From assembly GCA_051362555.1 (NCBI GenBank), contig CM120645.1, positions 21,328,001-21,392,000 on the forward strand: a stretch of 64,000 nt of DNA, in the 5' to 3' direction. Each line of letters begins with the position of its first letter. Positions within the stretch are counted from its first letter, which is position 1. The position numbers and the translations under genes are program-made. The notes beneath the pieces were generated by a model that saw nothing but the letters and a program-made list of their open reading frames with translations, made no database searches and was not told the DNA's origin. This DNA is from Lingula anatina (lineage: Eukaryota > Animalia > Brachiopoda). Shown piece after piece: positions 12,901 through 25,539 of this stretch.

Positions 12901-15900
12901 GTCTCCATCATCATCAATTTGATTGCCTAGGATTTCTTCATCTGTCCGTCCGTCACAGTCGTTGTCCACACCATCTCCTGGCGCCATTGTGATGTTAGGA
13001 CAAGAACAATCTTCATCTATACGACCATCTCCATCATCATCAATTTGATTGCCGTAGATCTCTTCATCTGTCCGTCCGTCACAGTCGTTGTCCACACCAT
13101 CTCCTGGCGCCATTGTGATGTTAGGACAAGAGCAATCTTCATCTATACGACCGTCTCCATCATCATCAATTTGATTGCCTAGGATTTCTTCATCTGTTCG
13201 TCCGTCACAGTCGTTGTCCACGCCATCTCCTGGAGTCATTGTGATGTTAGGACAAGAGCAATCTTCATCTATACGACCATCTCCATCATCATCAATTTGA
13301 TTGCCTAGGATTTCTTCATCTGTTCGTCCGTCGCAGTCGTTGTCCACGCCATCTCCTGGAGTCATGGGGATATTTGGGCATGCGCAGTCTTCATCTATAT
13401 ATCCATCCCCGTCATCGTCTGAAGAAGATGCAAATTTATTTTTCATAAATTATATTGTGAAAAAAAGGGAAAAATATTTATATACAGTGACACATCAAGG
13501 ACTTTGTGATGACGCGTGGATGAGATTAATGTTGATAGAATAGTTGATGTACAACAACAATTTTACTGCAACATGAAGAACATGAGGAAAATTGTGTTTC
13601 ATTTCATTATTTATATTTTTTCCGAGAGTGGGTGGCATGTTAAAGGAGGTGCCGCGTGAACCGCTGCTGATAAAATTGACTTCGTATGTCCAGTATTTGA
13701 GCATAATAAATTGCAATAAAATGGTCTACCACGTTACCCTTCTTCATACCACAATTAACTCCATCGATTCTCTAAAATGATACCAAAATGACCTGTTAAA
13801 AGTTCTATAAGAAAATACTGCACACTCTCAAATTGCCAAACGAATAAACCAAGTGGACTTACCGACGCCATTACCGAATATTTCCTCGTCTAGCCGCCCA
13901 TCACAGTCGTTGTCAATGCCATCCCCGGGCACCCTTGTGATATTGGGGCACACCTGAAATGTATTATCAATCAATCAATAAATCAAACAAACAAACAAAC
14001 AAACAATTAAAGCATTATTTGATTAAAAAAAAAAACACTTATAGTTTATTGGAACCTGAACCTGGGCTCAAGGTTAAGGATGAGGGATTTATCAAGTGAA
14101 AAAATGGTTGTAGTACAATACAATGCAGTGCATACGCGTGTAACGTACTAGTAATTATTGGGACTGGTGAATTTTGTCCGTTATATATAACATGCGAAGT
14201 CAGTTATACGAGTATACAGTTCTGTGGCCAGATTCAGTACGTTATATGCGCGCGTCTGGCCCCGCTCCATTGAATGCAAGGTCTAGAACTAGTGTAAAAC
14301 TTACAGTAGCACAATCTTCATCTTGCACACCGTCCCCGTCGTCATCTGTGAAGAGAGTTAAACTGTATTAGGACATTTAAGGACACAGTCTGTGAGTATC
14401 TTTTGCTAAGACAAGACAGCAAAGCCACCAAAGAACCAGGCCCCCGTTTCACAAAAAAACTTAAGTCGGTTTCTCTGACTAAGAGCTTGGTTACCAACGT
14501 AATTAAGTCGTTACGTCACTAAGTCCCGTTTCACAAAGAATCTAAAAGGTCGCTTACGTCGTTTTTTTCTTAGCTGCTAGTCGACGATGTCTAGCCTCCT
14601 CGGGAGGAGACTTAAGGTGGCAAGCTCAACTAAAACTCGGTAAATGAGAGCATAAACAACAAAAATTTGGAAAGAACATACCTCCTTCAAGATATTGTGT
14701 TATAATATCCTGAATAGCACTGACATTTATGGAATATTGAAATAAAAAATAAAATGCCACTTTACCCAGCCGATTCGCGTGTTTGTTTATTTTTTTTGAC
14801 CGCTAGACGTCCGTCAGCAGTGTTCCACGACAATCTAATGTTTAACTGTTACTTTGAAGTTGTATTGAAGTTAAACTAATCAATAAAGTTCAAAAACAAA
14901 CTTTGTTTGTGTTTTGGCTGACTTTTATTGTTGATAAACGATCGTTCTCGGCCGAAAGAGGCCATGAAACGTCATGTCTTGTGAAATTTTTGCAATTTTA
15001 CACCTCCTTTTCTTGAAGAGTTTCTCGTGCGCGTCGACTACGGTAAGCACGCAAAGCTAAGATGTTAGATTCTTTGTGAAACACTCCTAGTCGACTTCAG
15101 CGTAGTCGACCTAGCTAGGTCACCCAGCCCGAGCTAGTCGACTACGGATTTAAGATTCTTTGTGAAACAGGGGTCACGTCTCAAGTGCAAACTTATATCT
15201 GAGGACGTTTAATGGTCTGATAATTTGCTCGTTTGTTTTCTCTCTGCGGATTTCACGCAAGTTCCACAAGCAAAGACTCACCTATTCTGTTGTTGCATAT
15301 TTCCTCGTCCAATCGTCCGTCACAGTCGTTGTCAAATTTGTCACCCACCACCATCGGTATTGGACTACATGCCTGAAATTTTTAATTTTTGTTCATTTTT
15401 TAAATTTTCTTCGTTAAGCTATCGCCATCAAAATAATCGTGACCGCAATTTTCAAATTGTACGTACCAAACTTAACATAATATCATGTGGTGGCAGAAAA
15501 AATATTCGGACACCATTAGTCCATCTGAAATATGAAAAATTGCGATTTCCAATATAAAACTATTTACAGGGGGATGTAAACTTGTAGGGTTAAAATACGC
15601 TTTCCCGTACATTAAATGCAACTCTTTAACTTATTCAGATGAATTGAGTTCATGAAAACGAAAGCAGGACCACACCCTATAATAGACAGCGTATTTGTAT
15701 TAGCGTCTTATTGCCTTGACCTTACTTTAATAACGACCTTACTTCAATAACTAACTTTCAATTGAACTTTTTCAATTACCAATGATTTTATTGTCCTAAC
15801 GTGTCTGACTAATCTTTTTCAGCCTTTAAATTCAAGTTACCCACCTTGTTGATGGGAGCCAGTCTCATGCCTCCAGGAAAGCCATAGGACTCCCACACCG

Positions 15901-18900
15901 CGCTACCAAACATGAAAACCCCGAACGTACTGATGCTGGACACGTGACTTAACACGTGGGTCCCCTCATCGACCTGGAATCGGCTCCCGCGGTATTCCGT
16001 ACCCGGGATGTCATACCAAGTGATGTTATAATCATCAGTATGATCCAAGTTGAACTGCAGTCCATCCGATTCATTGGCCCTGACAATGACCATGAGGTAA
16101 TTTTCATAGGAACCCAGGCTATATTTGGGCGTGGTGAAAGCGTAGTCGGCTTCGTACTGTTCTATGGGTGGTATGAGAATCATGGCAGGATCGGATGGCT
16201 CCTTGAAACCGAGTTGACTCTGAACGATCTGGACCACCATGATGGGTTTGTCGGCCGTTATGAGTGTGTACACATTACTGAACCTGGCACCGATTATCTT
16301 TTCCACGAAGTCTCCGGCTCGACTTAAATTGAGCTGAGCGTCTGGCTCCTGCGGTATCCCAGTGATGGAGATAGTCGTATTGTCTTCACTGGCAACGAAT
16401 CGAAACACGTCTCCGGGTTTAAAATGATCCCTTCCTGGAATGGGCACGGTTGCAAAGGTCTTCCCCCATGTGTTCACGGGGGTCATTTGCTCCACGAGAT
16501 GATCCTGTGTGTTCCCACTGCCCACATTCGTCTTCTTGTTGCCGCTGAAAACCGCCACCGGTTTGTCGGAGACGACATGAGAGCCTGTGAGATCGTTCGC
16601 GTTGGCTGCCTGTATTTGCATCGTTCCGTATCGATTAAGTGTGACAGTTACATCGTCACCGTTGTAGAACATCTGTCCGTTATAGGCGACCTCCGTCATC
16701 TGTCCATCTGGATACTGCTGCCGTCCTAATGTTATAGTTATATTGGTGTCATCTTCTATCGCTACTATGCCTGTAAGACAAGTATAAGACATTCTAAGAA
16801 AAATATTGATTATCGCATGTTGTGAGTTCTTTTTTTATTTCACACCATGAACCGTATATACAAAATCTCACACTCAAAGCAATTTTATATTTCTTATCAC
16901 GTGACATACTACATCTGGAAATATAAACGGACTCAATGAATATTCATAACTGAAAGCAATGCACATTCATTTGACACAGCATAAGGTAAGGGACCATTCC
17001 CAAGCCCTATCGTACTAACTTTGGATCGATCTATCTCCAAGGAGATTCTCGCTAAATTGCAATTAACTTAAGCGGCTTATATGTCTGTCACGCCTACTGA
17101 AGCTGCTAGGGGATAATTAATTATCGTTCGTTTTAACAAATGCAGTGTAAACATTAGAACAGGTTTTAATGCCTAAAAGTATATGTTTTGAAATATTAAA
17201 ACAGAATAGTAAAACTGTAGATAGTTTTTCAATGCCTAAAGTATATGAAATATTTAAAACAGAATAGTGAAGGTATATGTTTTTAAGTATTTAAATTGGA
17301 ATTGTAAAAATTACTGTTCCATGATTTACACATTGTGAAAAGAATTTAAAAAGGGGAGACGGCTATTCTTATTAAGATGAGAGAGAGTCAACCCTCATTT
17401 TCCTTGGCAATGTCTAACGGCGGAGGCAGAGAACATAGTTAACTCTTACCAAACTGGCAGTGCCTGTAGGCGGGCGCATAGGACACCGTATTATACTCGG
17501 TCCCCAGGACATCGGTGGGCAATCCCAAGAACCCGTCATTGGAGTAGACCTGTTTGTTGATGGAGTAGACCACGATCTCGGAGCTGGACGTTATCAGGAC
17601 TGCCTTGTTGGACACTTCCGTCCCGGTGTGGCGGAGGGCGTGGGGGAGGTATAATTGGCGCACTTGTCCACGTGTGACGTTACTTTGGATGTTGACAGCC
17701 TGGGGGTCGTCCCAGCCCGGGGTGGAGACATTGAACTGATTGTGTGGAAAAAGATAAATAAATAAATAAATAAATAAATAAATACATAATGAGTGATGGG
17801 TGTGAGAGACAGTGGTGTACAGACAACGAGATGAAAAGAAATATACAAATAAAAGGAAAATCACAACGAAATCAATAACGTATAAAAATTTTTCAAAAAA
17901 ATTGGGATCATAAATAACATACCGGTATCTCAGGAAATCTCTTTTTTAAAGTCACGTGTGCAAATAAATTTGTTCTAGAGACGCAACCACGTTCTACATC
18001 TTAATATTTAACGGCTCACATAAGCAAAGAAAATAAAAGTTTATTTTTCAATGAACTGTGTCAAAACTATATTGTCTACTTAGTTCATCTCAATTCACCA
18101 GATAACTTTTAACCGATTAAAATGCACTTTTCTTAAACATAAAGAAATCTACATACATAGACGATATCCGACACTGCAGTGGTGACGTAGACTTCAATTT
18201 CAAAGTCTTCGAAATTGGAAGGATTGAGGTTAAAATTCTCATTAAACATCAGCATAAACTCCGTGCCTCTGTTGTCTGGGCCAGCTAAAAGAAATATTTA
18301 AAAAAAGAAATAAATAAAACAAAACATTGGAGGTTTACGTACTTATTCAATACATTATCCTGTGTTTGGTAATCTTAGCGGTGCTATCTTTCAACCGTGT
18401 AATACCGTGAAATTCACTTCTTGTTGATATGACATTTAATTTGAAAAATAATAAGCATTTCTATTAAAACTACACATTTTTAATTTGAAGAGCATAACAA
18501 ATAAACAGAATGAAATTAAAGAAAATAGAATAGACAGAGAAAATGTGAAGGATTAAATAAAACGAGTCGCTAATAATTTAGCAAATAGACAGTCTCGTTT
18601 GAAACTGATAATGACTAAGGAAAAGCCTGGCAAAAATGAGTTCATCCAAAAGTTTTTCATAATAAATCTACGTACCATGAATTTCTGTATCCGTCCCTGT
18701 AATTGTACAAACATGAGATTATATAATAGAATTATGTAATTAAAGTAACACGGTGCACTCTGGGTCATCCTGACCAGATATCATGCATGAACTAGTAAAA
18801 ATATTTTCCTAAATTTGAACAGATGGAAAGAGAATTCTGTACACTTTTTATGTGCTTGGTTGAGCGTGAAACCTAGCACTCCTTAAATCTTTAATTAAAA

Positions 18901-19777
18901 AGTTTAAATCGCAAACGCTGTCGATGCGAGGACTATTCTATGACAAGAGTAAAATACATTTTATATCGAGGGAGACAATACGAGGATTTTTAGTATCTTA
19001 AATCGCTCAATTGCTAATTGTATTGATTTGACGATAACATTCTACACGAAGAATTGATAATGCAGTATCACAAATTGGAAATGAAAAGAAAAGCAATACA
19101 AGTACGTCCCGGAAATTGGCAAAAGCTAATCTTTTGTAGATTTTCTGAAGCAATACTCTTCAGTTGGCGAAAATCTAATATGTTGCTTGACAATAACTAG
19201 AATTTGCTGAAGACGCTCAGAACTTTTTTCCGCACACAAACAAGATTGAAAAATTGTCCATCATTTTGACAAAATCCCAACTGCATTCTTCCGTATGCAT
19301 GTTAAGTGCTCGCGAAATATTATCATATTCTGAAAACTGAGTCCTACTATTATTTGGACCCTGTTCTTTTTTCTTTTGCTGTAAACTATAAAGCAAAGTT
19401 CAGAATAGCACAAACCAAAATATCATTTAAAAGTATAATTTTATTTGTATTCGTGAATGGGTAATAACTATAAGCTATCACTCTACAAATCCTTAATTAT
19501 TAGAAAAAGAAAAAAACATAACAATATCATATATAAAAAGACGTCGTGAGAAATTTGTGTTTAAACGTGTTTAAATGTTTGAAAAACCTTTATTAAAAGG
19601 CAAACGAAAATCGGTCATAGCAAAGAGAAAAATCCTTGAAAAAAAAATAGAGAGAATTCAGTTTAATAAAAAAACGAAAAAATTAAACAGGCATAAAAGT
19701 ATCAACCAACCTGCACAGTGGTTTTTCCTGTTTGCGCAGACCACAAGAAAAAATAATACTGCTTTTATCCACTTCAT
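1963..19777 (-). CDS. ~2550-aa type-I membrane protein: signal peptide, IgGFc-binding (FCGBP N-terminal-like) domain, Asp/Cys-rich DNDCDG metal-binding-type repeats, Thr-rich mucin stalk, TM, Cys/His-rich cytoplasmic tail
   Basis: 20 GT-AG exons in consistent phase (7653 nt): 19777-19711, 18284-18157, 17735-17450, 16770-15845, 15372-15282, 14345-14305, 13953-13863, 13418-10993, 10730-10640, 10381-10256, 9625-9510, 9260-9170, 8915-8790, 8370-8255, 6322-6232, 5975-5850, 5507-5392, 5159-5069, 4869-4744, 4343-1963. Motifs: MKWIKAVLFFLVVCA signal; DNRGTEF, SNDGFLGLPTDVLGTEY, DLTGSHVVSDKPVAVFSG, DHLVEQMTPVNTWGKTF, ESYGFPGG (FCGBP N-terminal family); hydrophobic VAITAIATGLSALLLSLCCCGCWFFLC then RRRRRKRK. 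Confidence 0.88.
3300..4290 (-). repeat. Degenerate 18-bp (TTEQQT-like hexapeptide) and poly-Thr coding repeats: mucin-like stalk
   Basis: Thr/Glu/Gln-rich periodic sequence in ORF 1963..4458. Confidence 0.9.
6432..8092 (-). mobile_element. Decayed Tc1/mariner DNA transposon inserted in an intron
   Basis: TIRs CAGACTTGACATTTAATATGGAATATTT / AAATATTCCATATTAAATGTCAAGTCTG with TA on both sides; transposase C-terminal relic (NLTQGMPCHLRALVANRRGQ); the paralogous intron near 9350-9400 shows the empty site (GATCTTTGAAGTTAAT...TTTTACCCG). Confidence 0.85.
9820..9945. repeat. (AAT)n and (GATA)n microsatellites
   Basis: Direct reading. Confidence 0.9.
11240..13418 (-). repeat. Coding tandem repeat, 126-bp/42-aa unit x17 plus a partial unit, inside one exon
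   Basis: Unit DDDGDGRIDEDCSCPNITMTPGDGVDNDCDGRTDEEIYGNQI read directly in ORF 10975..13446. Confidence 0.97.
14439..15175. mobile_element. Non-autonomous DNA transposon (PIF/Harbinger-like ends) in an intron
   Basis: 17-bp imperfect TIR GGCCCCCGTTTCACAAA / TTTGTGAAACAGGGGTC with internal sub-terminal repeats (GTTTCACAAAGAATCT, AGATTCTTTGTGAAAC, TAGTCGAC); no ORF; TSD not clear. Confidence 0.65.
15845..18284 (-). CDS. Exons 2-4 of the large gene: IgGFc-binding protein N-terminal-like domain
   Basis: ORFs 15809..16792 and 17439..17864 plus exon 18284-18157; characteristic LTGS-x-V-x-SDKPVAVFSG, HLVEQM-x-PV-x-TWG, DPAMILIPPIEQY, ESYGFPGG motifs. Confidence 0.88.
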
Positions 19778-21082
19778 CTTCTTCGTCTACACTTCTTCAC
19801 TCCCATTCCCGAAGATTTTCGAATTAAGGGACTGCAAATCGTCTTAAACCATCACGGTTTAAATGCAAGGAGGAAAGACGTCAACGGAGTAGAAAATTAA
19901 AAATAAAATTTGATTGATTGTTATTCCTTTTATCCCCAAAACACGATCTGAGCTCATCACGAATTCAGCGTGGGTTACCTAACATTTTATGTCAATACGA
20001 TTTACACTGAGTTTGGCCTATCGTTTAAGAATTAATGTCCCGAAAAAAAGATAGAAAGATGCGACGCGATTGACTTTCATGGAGAAGGTCGAACCAGGAA
20101 CGGATCAAACGTAATTTCAGTATTAATACACCAACCAATTCTGTACATCACGTAACTCCTTCAACACGATTGAATAAATTGACGACCACATTACCAATAG
20201 AAAGCCTTAGGTGATATAACCGCTTGAAATTAGATGTTACTTTGGATGGTAACAAACTCAGAAGCGTATGCGTGAATAGCGCTCCTGATCCATGACGTGA
20301 ATGTCATGCATTTTGCTTTCATTGTGCTAAAGACTATTCAGGCTGCCTACTGACGACTGGCCTTTGTAGATGTTGTGATGTATAGAAAAAGCGGTTGGAC
20401 TTAAAAGAAGAAATATGAGTTCAAAGGGCACTAGCGTTTTCATGGCTAAATTCGCGTCCAACAAATATGTGAAAAGAACACACACATTCAAGAACTCGTA
20501 GCTACAGGCACGTGCTGGTGTATGCGATGGCGTGAAGAGGGCACATCTATTATGTTAGTTGACATTATGACAAAATAATTTAACTTTGAGGCAGCACTTG
20601 AAATTTGAGTTATGGTCATTTCACAGGCATGACAGAGGTTGTAACTGGTGCGAGAGAGAGAGAGAGAGGTCGTTCTAGGATAACAACTCTCGAAGATGCT
20701 TCTTCTGAAAATGAGTATTTAAGCATAAAATGACTGCCACTATGGTTTTGACTATGTATTATTTATTGCGCGTGGTAAAAACTATAAAACCTTTACGTTC
20801 TTTCATACTCTTTATTTCCTGCTTTCCTTCTTTCCATTTTTTACTACTCCACTCAATCTGTTACGGCGTTTTCCCCGTTTACATCACATGCCTCTGCTTA
20901 AGTATCGTACATTATGAGGACGTGCCAATCAATATTATAGAACACACCCCGCTCCTTATTCATAAATATCAACCTCTAACGTTTCAAAAATATACTGCAT
21001 GACTTCACTTCCTCATAACAGAACTTAAAATGCACATAATAATTAAAAATTATACATATTCAATCACCACAAAAAATAATAA

Positions 21083-21121
<39 letters not shown>

Positions 21122-21337
21122 AACCCTTTATCGCACGCAGCCATTAATAGGCACCCCGATACCCAGCGTCGAGTAACTTAAATTTTATGTTATTATGGTG
21201 TCCACTGAAACTCAGGCAATAAAATGGTCAACTTTGTCCCCGATTTACATCGGAAATAATACCTTCAATGAAATATAAGCAGTTTATATTCCACGCGTTT
21301 TCTTCCTACTCTTTATGGTAAAAATGCAGTGAGCTTT

Positions 21338-21469
21338 CCTCTACCAGGGCCGCAGGTTAATTTAGCGCACTTTTTTCTGATGCGTAGAGTAGTGAAAAGT
21401 GTCATGAATTAGCCAGAGGCATATCTGGCTATCTAGTGTAAAATCCGTTTGTGGCCCTGGTAGAGGGTA
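21338..21469. mobile_element. Short MITE with TIR (TAC)CCTCTACCAGGGCC; family also at 29277-29409 and ~55835-55900
   Basis: CCTCTACCAGGGCCGC ... GTGGCCCTGGTAGAGGGTA inverted ends; the same terminus recurs three times in the window. Confidence 0.65.
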
Positions 21470-21689
21470 GCAAAATTTATACAGTTTGAATATATCCACG
21501 GTCATGTAAAGACGTCGGCGTTTTCAATGTTGAAACCTGTTCTCACCTACTTGGAATAAAATTGAATAAAATTTGATGAAATAATTTGATAAAAAAAGTG
21601 CGTTGTCACTGGCGGATCTGGAAATAACTTGCCCTTCTGTTAAAAAAATATTTGTCCTTTTGTCCTCCCAAGAAGGAGAGCAAGACAAA

Positions 21690-24600
21690 CTAAAGGTCCG
21701 TCCTTTTTTCAACACAGAGTTCGTAGTCTTTAGCCCGAAGCGTAAAGCCAAATTCTCCCTTAAGTGATGGCAACGGTCGATCTTTCGGAAAACTAAACGT
21801 GAATCGCTGCAGTAGGCTGGTATATACCAGGAAGAATTCTTTCTTTGCCAGTTGTTCTCCGAGGCAAGAACGCCGCCCTGAATTAAAAAATAATAAAATG
21901 CAAAATTTATTTCGTGATTTAAACCAAAATGGTGCCAAAATTATCTAGGCATTTAACGTAACTTAAAAGTGTAGTTAAATACTATAAATGAATGAATTAA
22001 ATGTACAGGGATGCTAAAAAAGCAGTATAACTGAAAAAGTCAAGAGAGGAAACAGTCTTTGTTTTTGTATGTACTATTTCAGTGCTTGTTATGGTAGATA
22101 GATATTCACTTAAGTCCTTTAGATTTTATACTTAAAGTTAGAAGCCTTTGTAGCTCACAAATATAAATTAATAAACAAAATATTAAAGTAAAATAAAATG
22201 AAATAAAATAAAACTTTAAAAAACATAAAATGATTGAATAAAGAAAAACCGATCATACATAATGCATCAAAAAAAAAAAAAAAAAAAACTTCATTCAAAA
22301 CATGAGCAAATAGCAAAAAATACTCACCAACTGAAAACGGCATGTACGCTTCGTGGCTAATCAAGTGCCCCTCCTTATCCTGAAATCGCTCTGGTCGAAA
22401 TACTTCCGGGTCACCCCAGGCTTCCGGGTCATGATGAACGGCCCAGAGATTGGCAATCACATCTACGTTCTTTGGAATGGTAAAACCCAGTACTTCTGTG
22501 TCTTCAAGACAACAGTGGGTTGGGTTAATTGGTACTACCCCTAAGAATTAACAATAAGAAGATTTAAGAAAGGAATTTTACTTAACTCAAAAGACTCGAT
22601 GAAGTATATGTCGTAAAATGAGTGCACTGTTTGCCACTTAAACAAAATTATAAATTATACACGCCCAAAAAGAAAAATATAGAAAATAAGTAACTAATTT
22701 TTTATTAAAATCCTTTGTTTAAACTCCACGGGTTAAACGTGGATAGAAGAGTATGATCTTGCGTTTAAGGGCATTTTTGTGCACTTTTAAGAATTATAAG
22801 GGTTTATACCTTGTAGTTGAATGATATAAAAGATGTGTTCTCAATGTTAGTTGCTACTGTGTTGACTCATTATGGTTAATACTAACTGTAAAGGTAAATC
22901 GATCAATGACGAGATAATATAAAAATTAATATATAAACTATCTCACCCGAAAATCGGAGCGTCTCCATTATCGTGGCTTGAGTATACGGCATTGCGTCAC
23001 GATCCGCGAGACAGGGCAGACGATTGTGTCCTATGACGTCATCAATCTCCGCCTGCACTTTCTTCTGCGTTTCAGGATAGTAAACAGTGTACAACATTAG
23101 CCATCTCATCGACTCTGGAGCGGTATCGACAGCATCGGGGAAAAAAGAATGAAGCTGGTACATAAATTTATCGTCTGAGTAATAGCCGAGCGTTGATGAC
23201 ATCTTGTCAGAGCCGATCTCGTGAAGCACCGTGTCAACGAAATCTCGCGTGACACCAGGAACGAGAGTTGCTCTATGTTCCTCCACGTGTGATCGGAAAA
23301 AGTCGTGTAGTTTTTTGTTAAGATGCCTCGTATATTTTTTCCTTTTTAAAACCCACGGCAAACAACCCATTAATGGGAAGAAGTTCAAGTCACCCTGAAG
23401 TTTGGCAGTGTTTTCCATCCATTTTCCTATCGTCTGCAAAATATCCAAGAAACCTTGGTCGTCGTAATCGTAACGCCTGCTAAACAGTATGAGCGTCATG
23501 ATATTTGACATGGCGATTGATACCGATTTCATGATGTCGTGAGGACCTTTCAGCGATTCGAAGTGCTCGATAAGTTTGGTAACTTCTTTTTGTATATTGG
23601 TTTCGATACTAGTAGACCCGTAGCCAAAACTCCGCAGAGCCTTAATGGTGAACTTCTTCTCCATTTTCCAGTCTTCTGAGTACGGACCAAAAATTGTTCC
23701 TGGCGATAAAAAATATAAAAAAAAAAATTGATAGAGTACATGTAGATTTCTTAGCCTACAAATATTCAATAATTTATCATAAATGCGTAAAATATCACAT
23801 TTGCTTAAATGACAAAAATGAAGCAAAAAATGAAAGGACAAATACATGTAGGCCTACTACTACAGGATTGGACACCAAACAAGCTTTATAACTTGCCTTT
23901 TATTGCTACAAAGCACATTAAGTGTTTTTACAATGATCAAAATAAGGAAAATGAAGCATATTCTACTTATCTTTTTTTTTTAACTGGGAAGACATTACCA
24001 CCATCATGAGCTTGTGTCTTTATTTTTTCAAGTAAACGGGGGAAACGCTAATTTGACACATACCGTAGAAATGTGGGTTAACAACTTCGATGTGTGGCTC
24101 TGCGGGTTTGTCAGCGAACACAGATCCGTATTTCAATAAACTGGCACGCACTGCACGATGACTACTCAGGATAATGTTTAACCTGAAGCATGCAAATTTA
24201 ATATGACGATCAACATTTTATCTTTTATACCCCAGGGGCAAGAAATCTGACTATCTTCTAGAATAATAGAATAATAGAATAATAAAGTTATAATTTCGAA
24301 ATGTTATGCCATGTGTGACCCAAACGTGGTCCCCTCCAGGCATATTTTAATGTAGTCACAGAGACCTCGGTTATAGGCTACATGTACTGAGAGGGCCACC
24401 GGCCCATGCAAGCGACTGCAAGACGATTAATTATTAATTCAAGCCATATATATCAGCATATATACCATAGGCCCCTATATGGTTTGTGTATTGGGAGCAA
24501 CAGTGGAGCCTATGCAAATATTTTTGAGTCATATTAACTGTATATAATATATTGACTACTGGTACGGCTGTACACATACAGGCCTGCATATATGCCTACT

Positions 24601-24936
24601 GTACTGTGTAGGCCCTACAATTAAACAGCTACCCTAGCGGTCGGGGGTGGGGGTGGGGGGGTGGGGGGGTGCAAGACCCTTTAATAAAATCAAGGGTTTT
24701 TAAAACTCGCACCTTGTGCCCAGGTATACAGAGTAAATGTCCTTGTACCCTTTCCCCAGATCTTGCAGGTCCAGGTGAAGGTCCGATTTCAGCATAGGTA
24801 TACAGCCAACAAGTGGCCATCCTTTCGGACCGGGAGGAAGGTTGCGATAAGGACGCCGCTGGACCATCCAAATTATCAGAGTCAAGAACGCTACAACTGC
24901 CACCAGCACGACGGAGATAGACTCACTGGCGACCAT
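21690..24936 (-). CDS. Cytochrome P450, clan 2 (CYP2-like), ~498 aa
   Basis: Five exons 24936-24713, 24182-24064, 23699-22947, 22540-22328, 21877-21690 (1497 nt, in frame). N-terminal anchor, PPGPKGWPLVG, QKKVQAEIDDVIG, MPYTQATIMETLR (ExxR), FRPERF, heme motif FSVGRRSCLGEQLA. Confidence 0.95.
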
Positions 24937-25040
24937 GATTTTGTCATATATTTATCACGCCCTGTAATATGTAAGATTGGAATCAGATCAGTTATATTCC
25001 TTGCTAGCGACGTACACTGATCTTGATCTGGTAGGCCCAA

Positions 25041-25079
25041 TAAATAGGTCAAGGTTATTTATGGCCCAGGTCATGTCCT
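25041..25079 (+). promoter_or_regulatory. Cluster of nuclear-receptor half-sites between the divergent CYP and NHL genes
   Basis: TAAATAGGTCA (ROR-type extended site) followed directly by AGGTTA, then AGGTCATGTCCT (IR0 with one mismatch). Function inferred only. Confidence 0.35.
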
Positions 25080-25539
25080 TAACTTCCGCTGCTGCTCTGT
25101 TGCAATGGCGAAGTAAATTCCTGTCGCAACTGCTGCATTTTAATTTCTTTTTTTCTTGCTACTTGCTTCTTGATTAAGATACTTGCTTAAGATAGATAGT
25201 AAATAAAGCCCATTATTTTCTATATGTTTGCAAGTATCATAACACTCAAGAGTTCTCTCCCGATAGCGTTGTTTTTTTTTTCCTTTTCATCATACCTTTT
25301 CATGAGTATCGAAAACAGTAAACATCAGTTGAACGCTACAATACACACACCGACAGTCGCATTGATCGCTCATCGACCTCGGTCTTTGTCACGCGTCTTA
25401 AGAAGTCTCAAGCTTTAACGTTCGATAACTCCATGCGCCCTTCCCTCTCACAGTCGATAGAGTGTGTGGACAATGTTGCCATTTTAATTAAAGATTTCTG
25501 GTAATCGCTTTACGGTCTCTGCTCTTGTGTCCTTACGAC

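Noticed and set aside
11240-13418. CRISPR-like regular array
   Set aside because: Units are fully repeated with no unique spacers, encode protein, and the context is eukaryotic with no cas genes.
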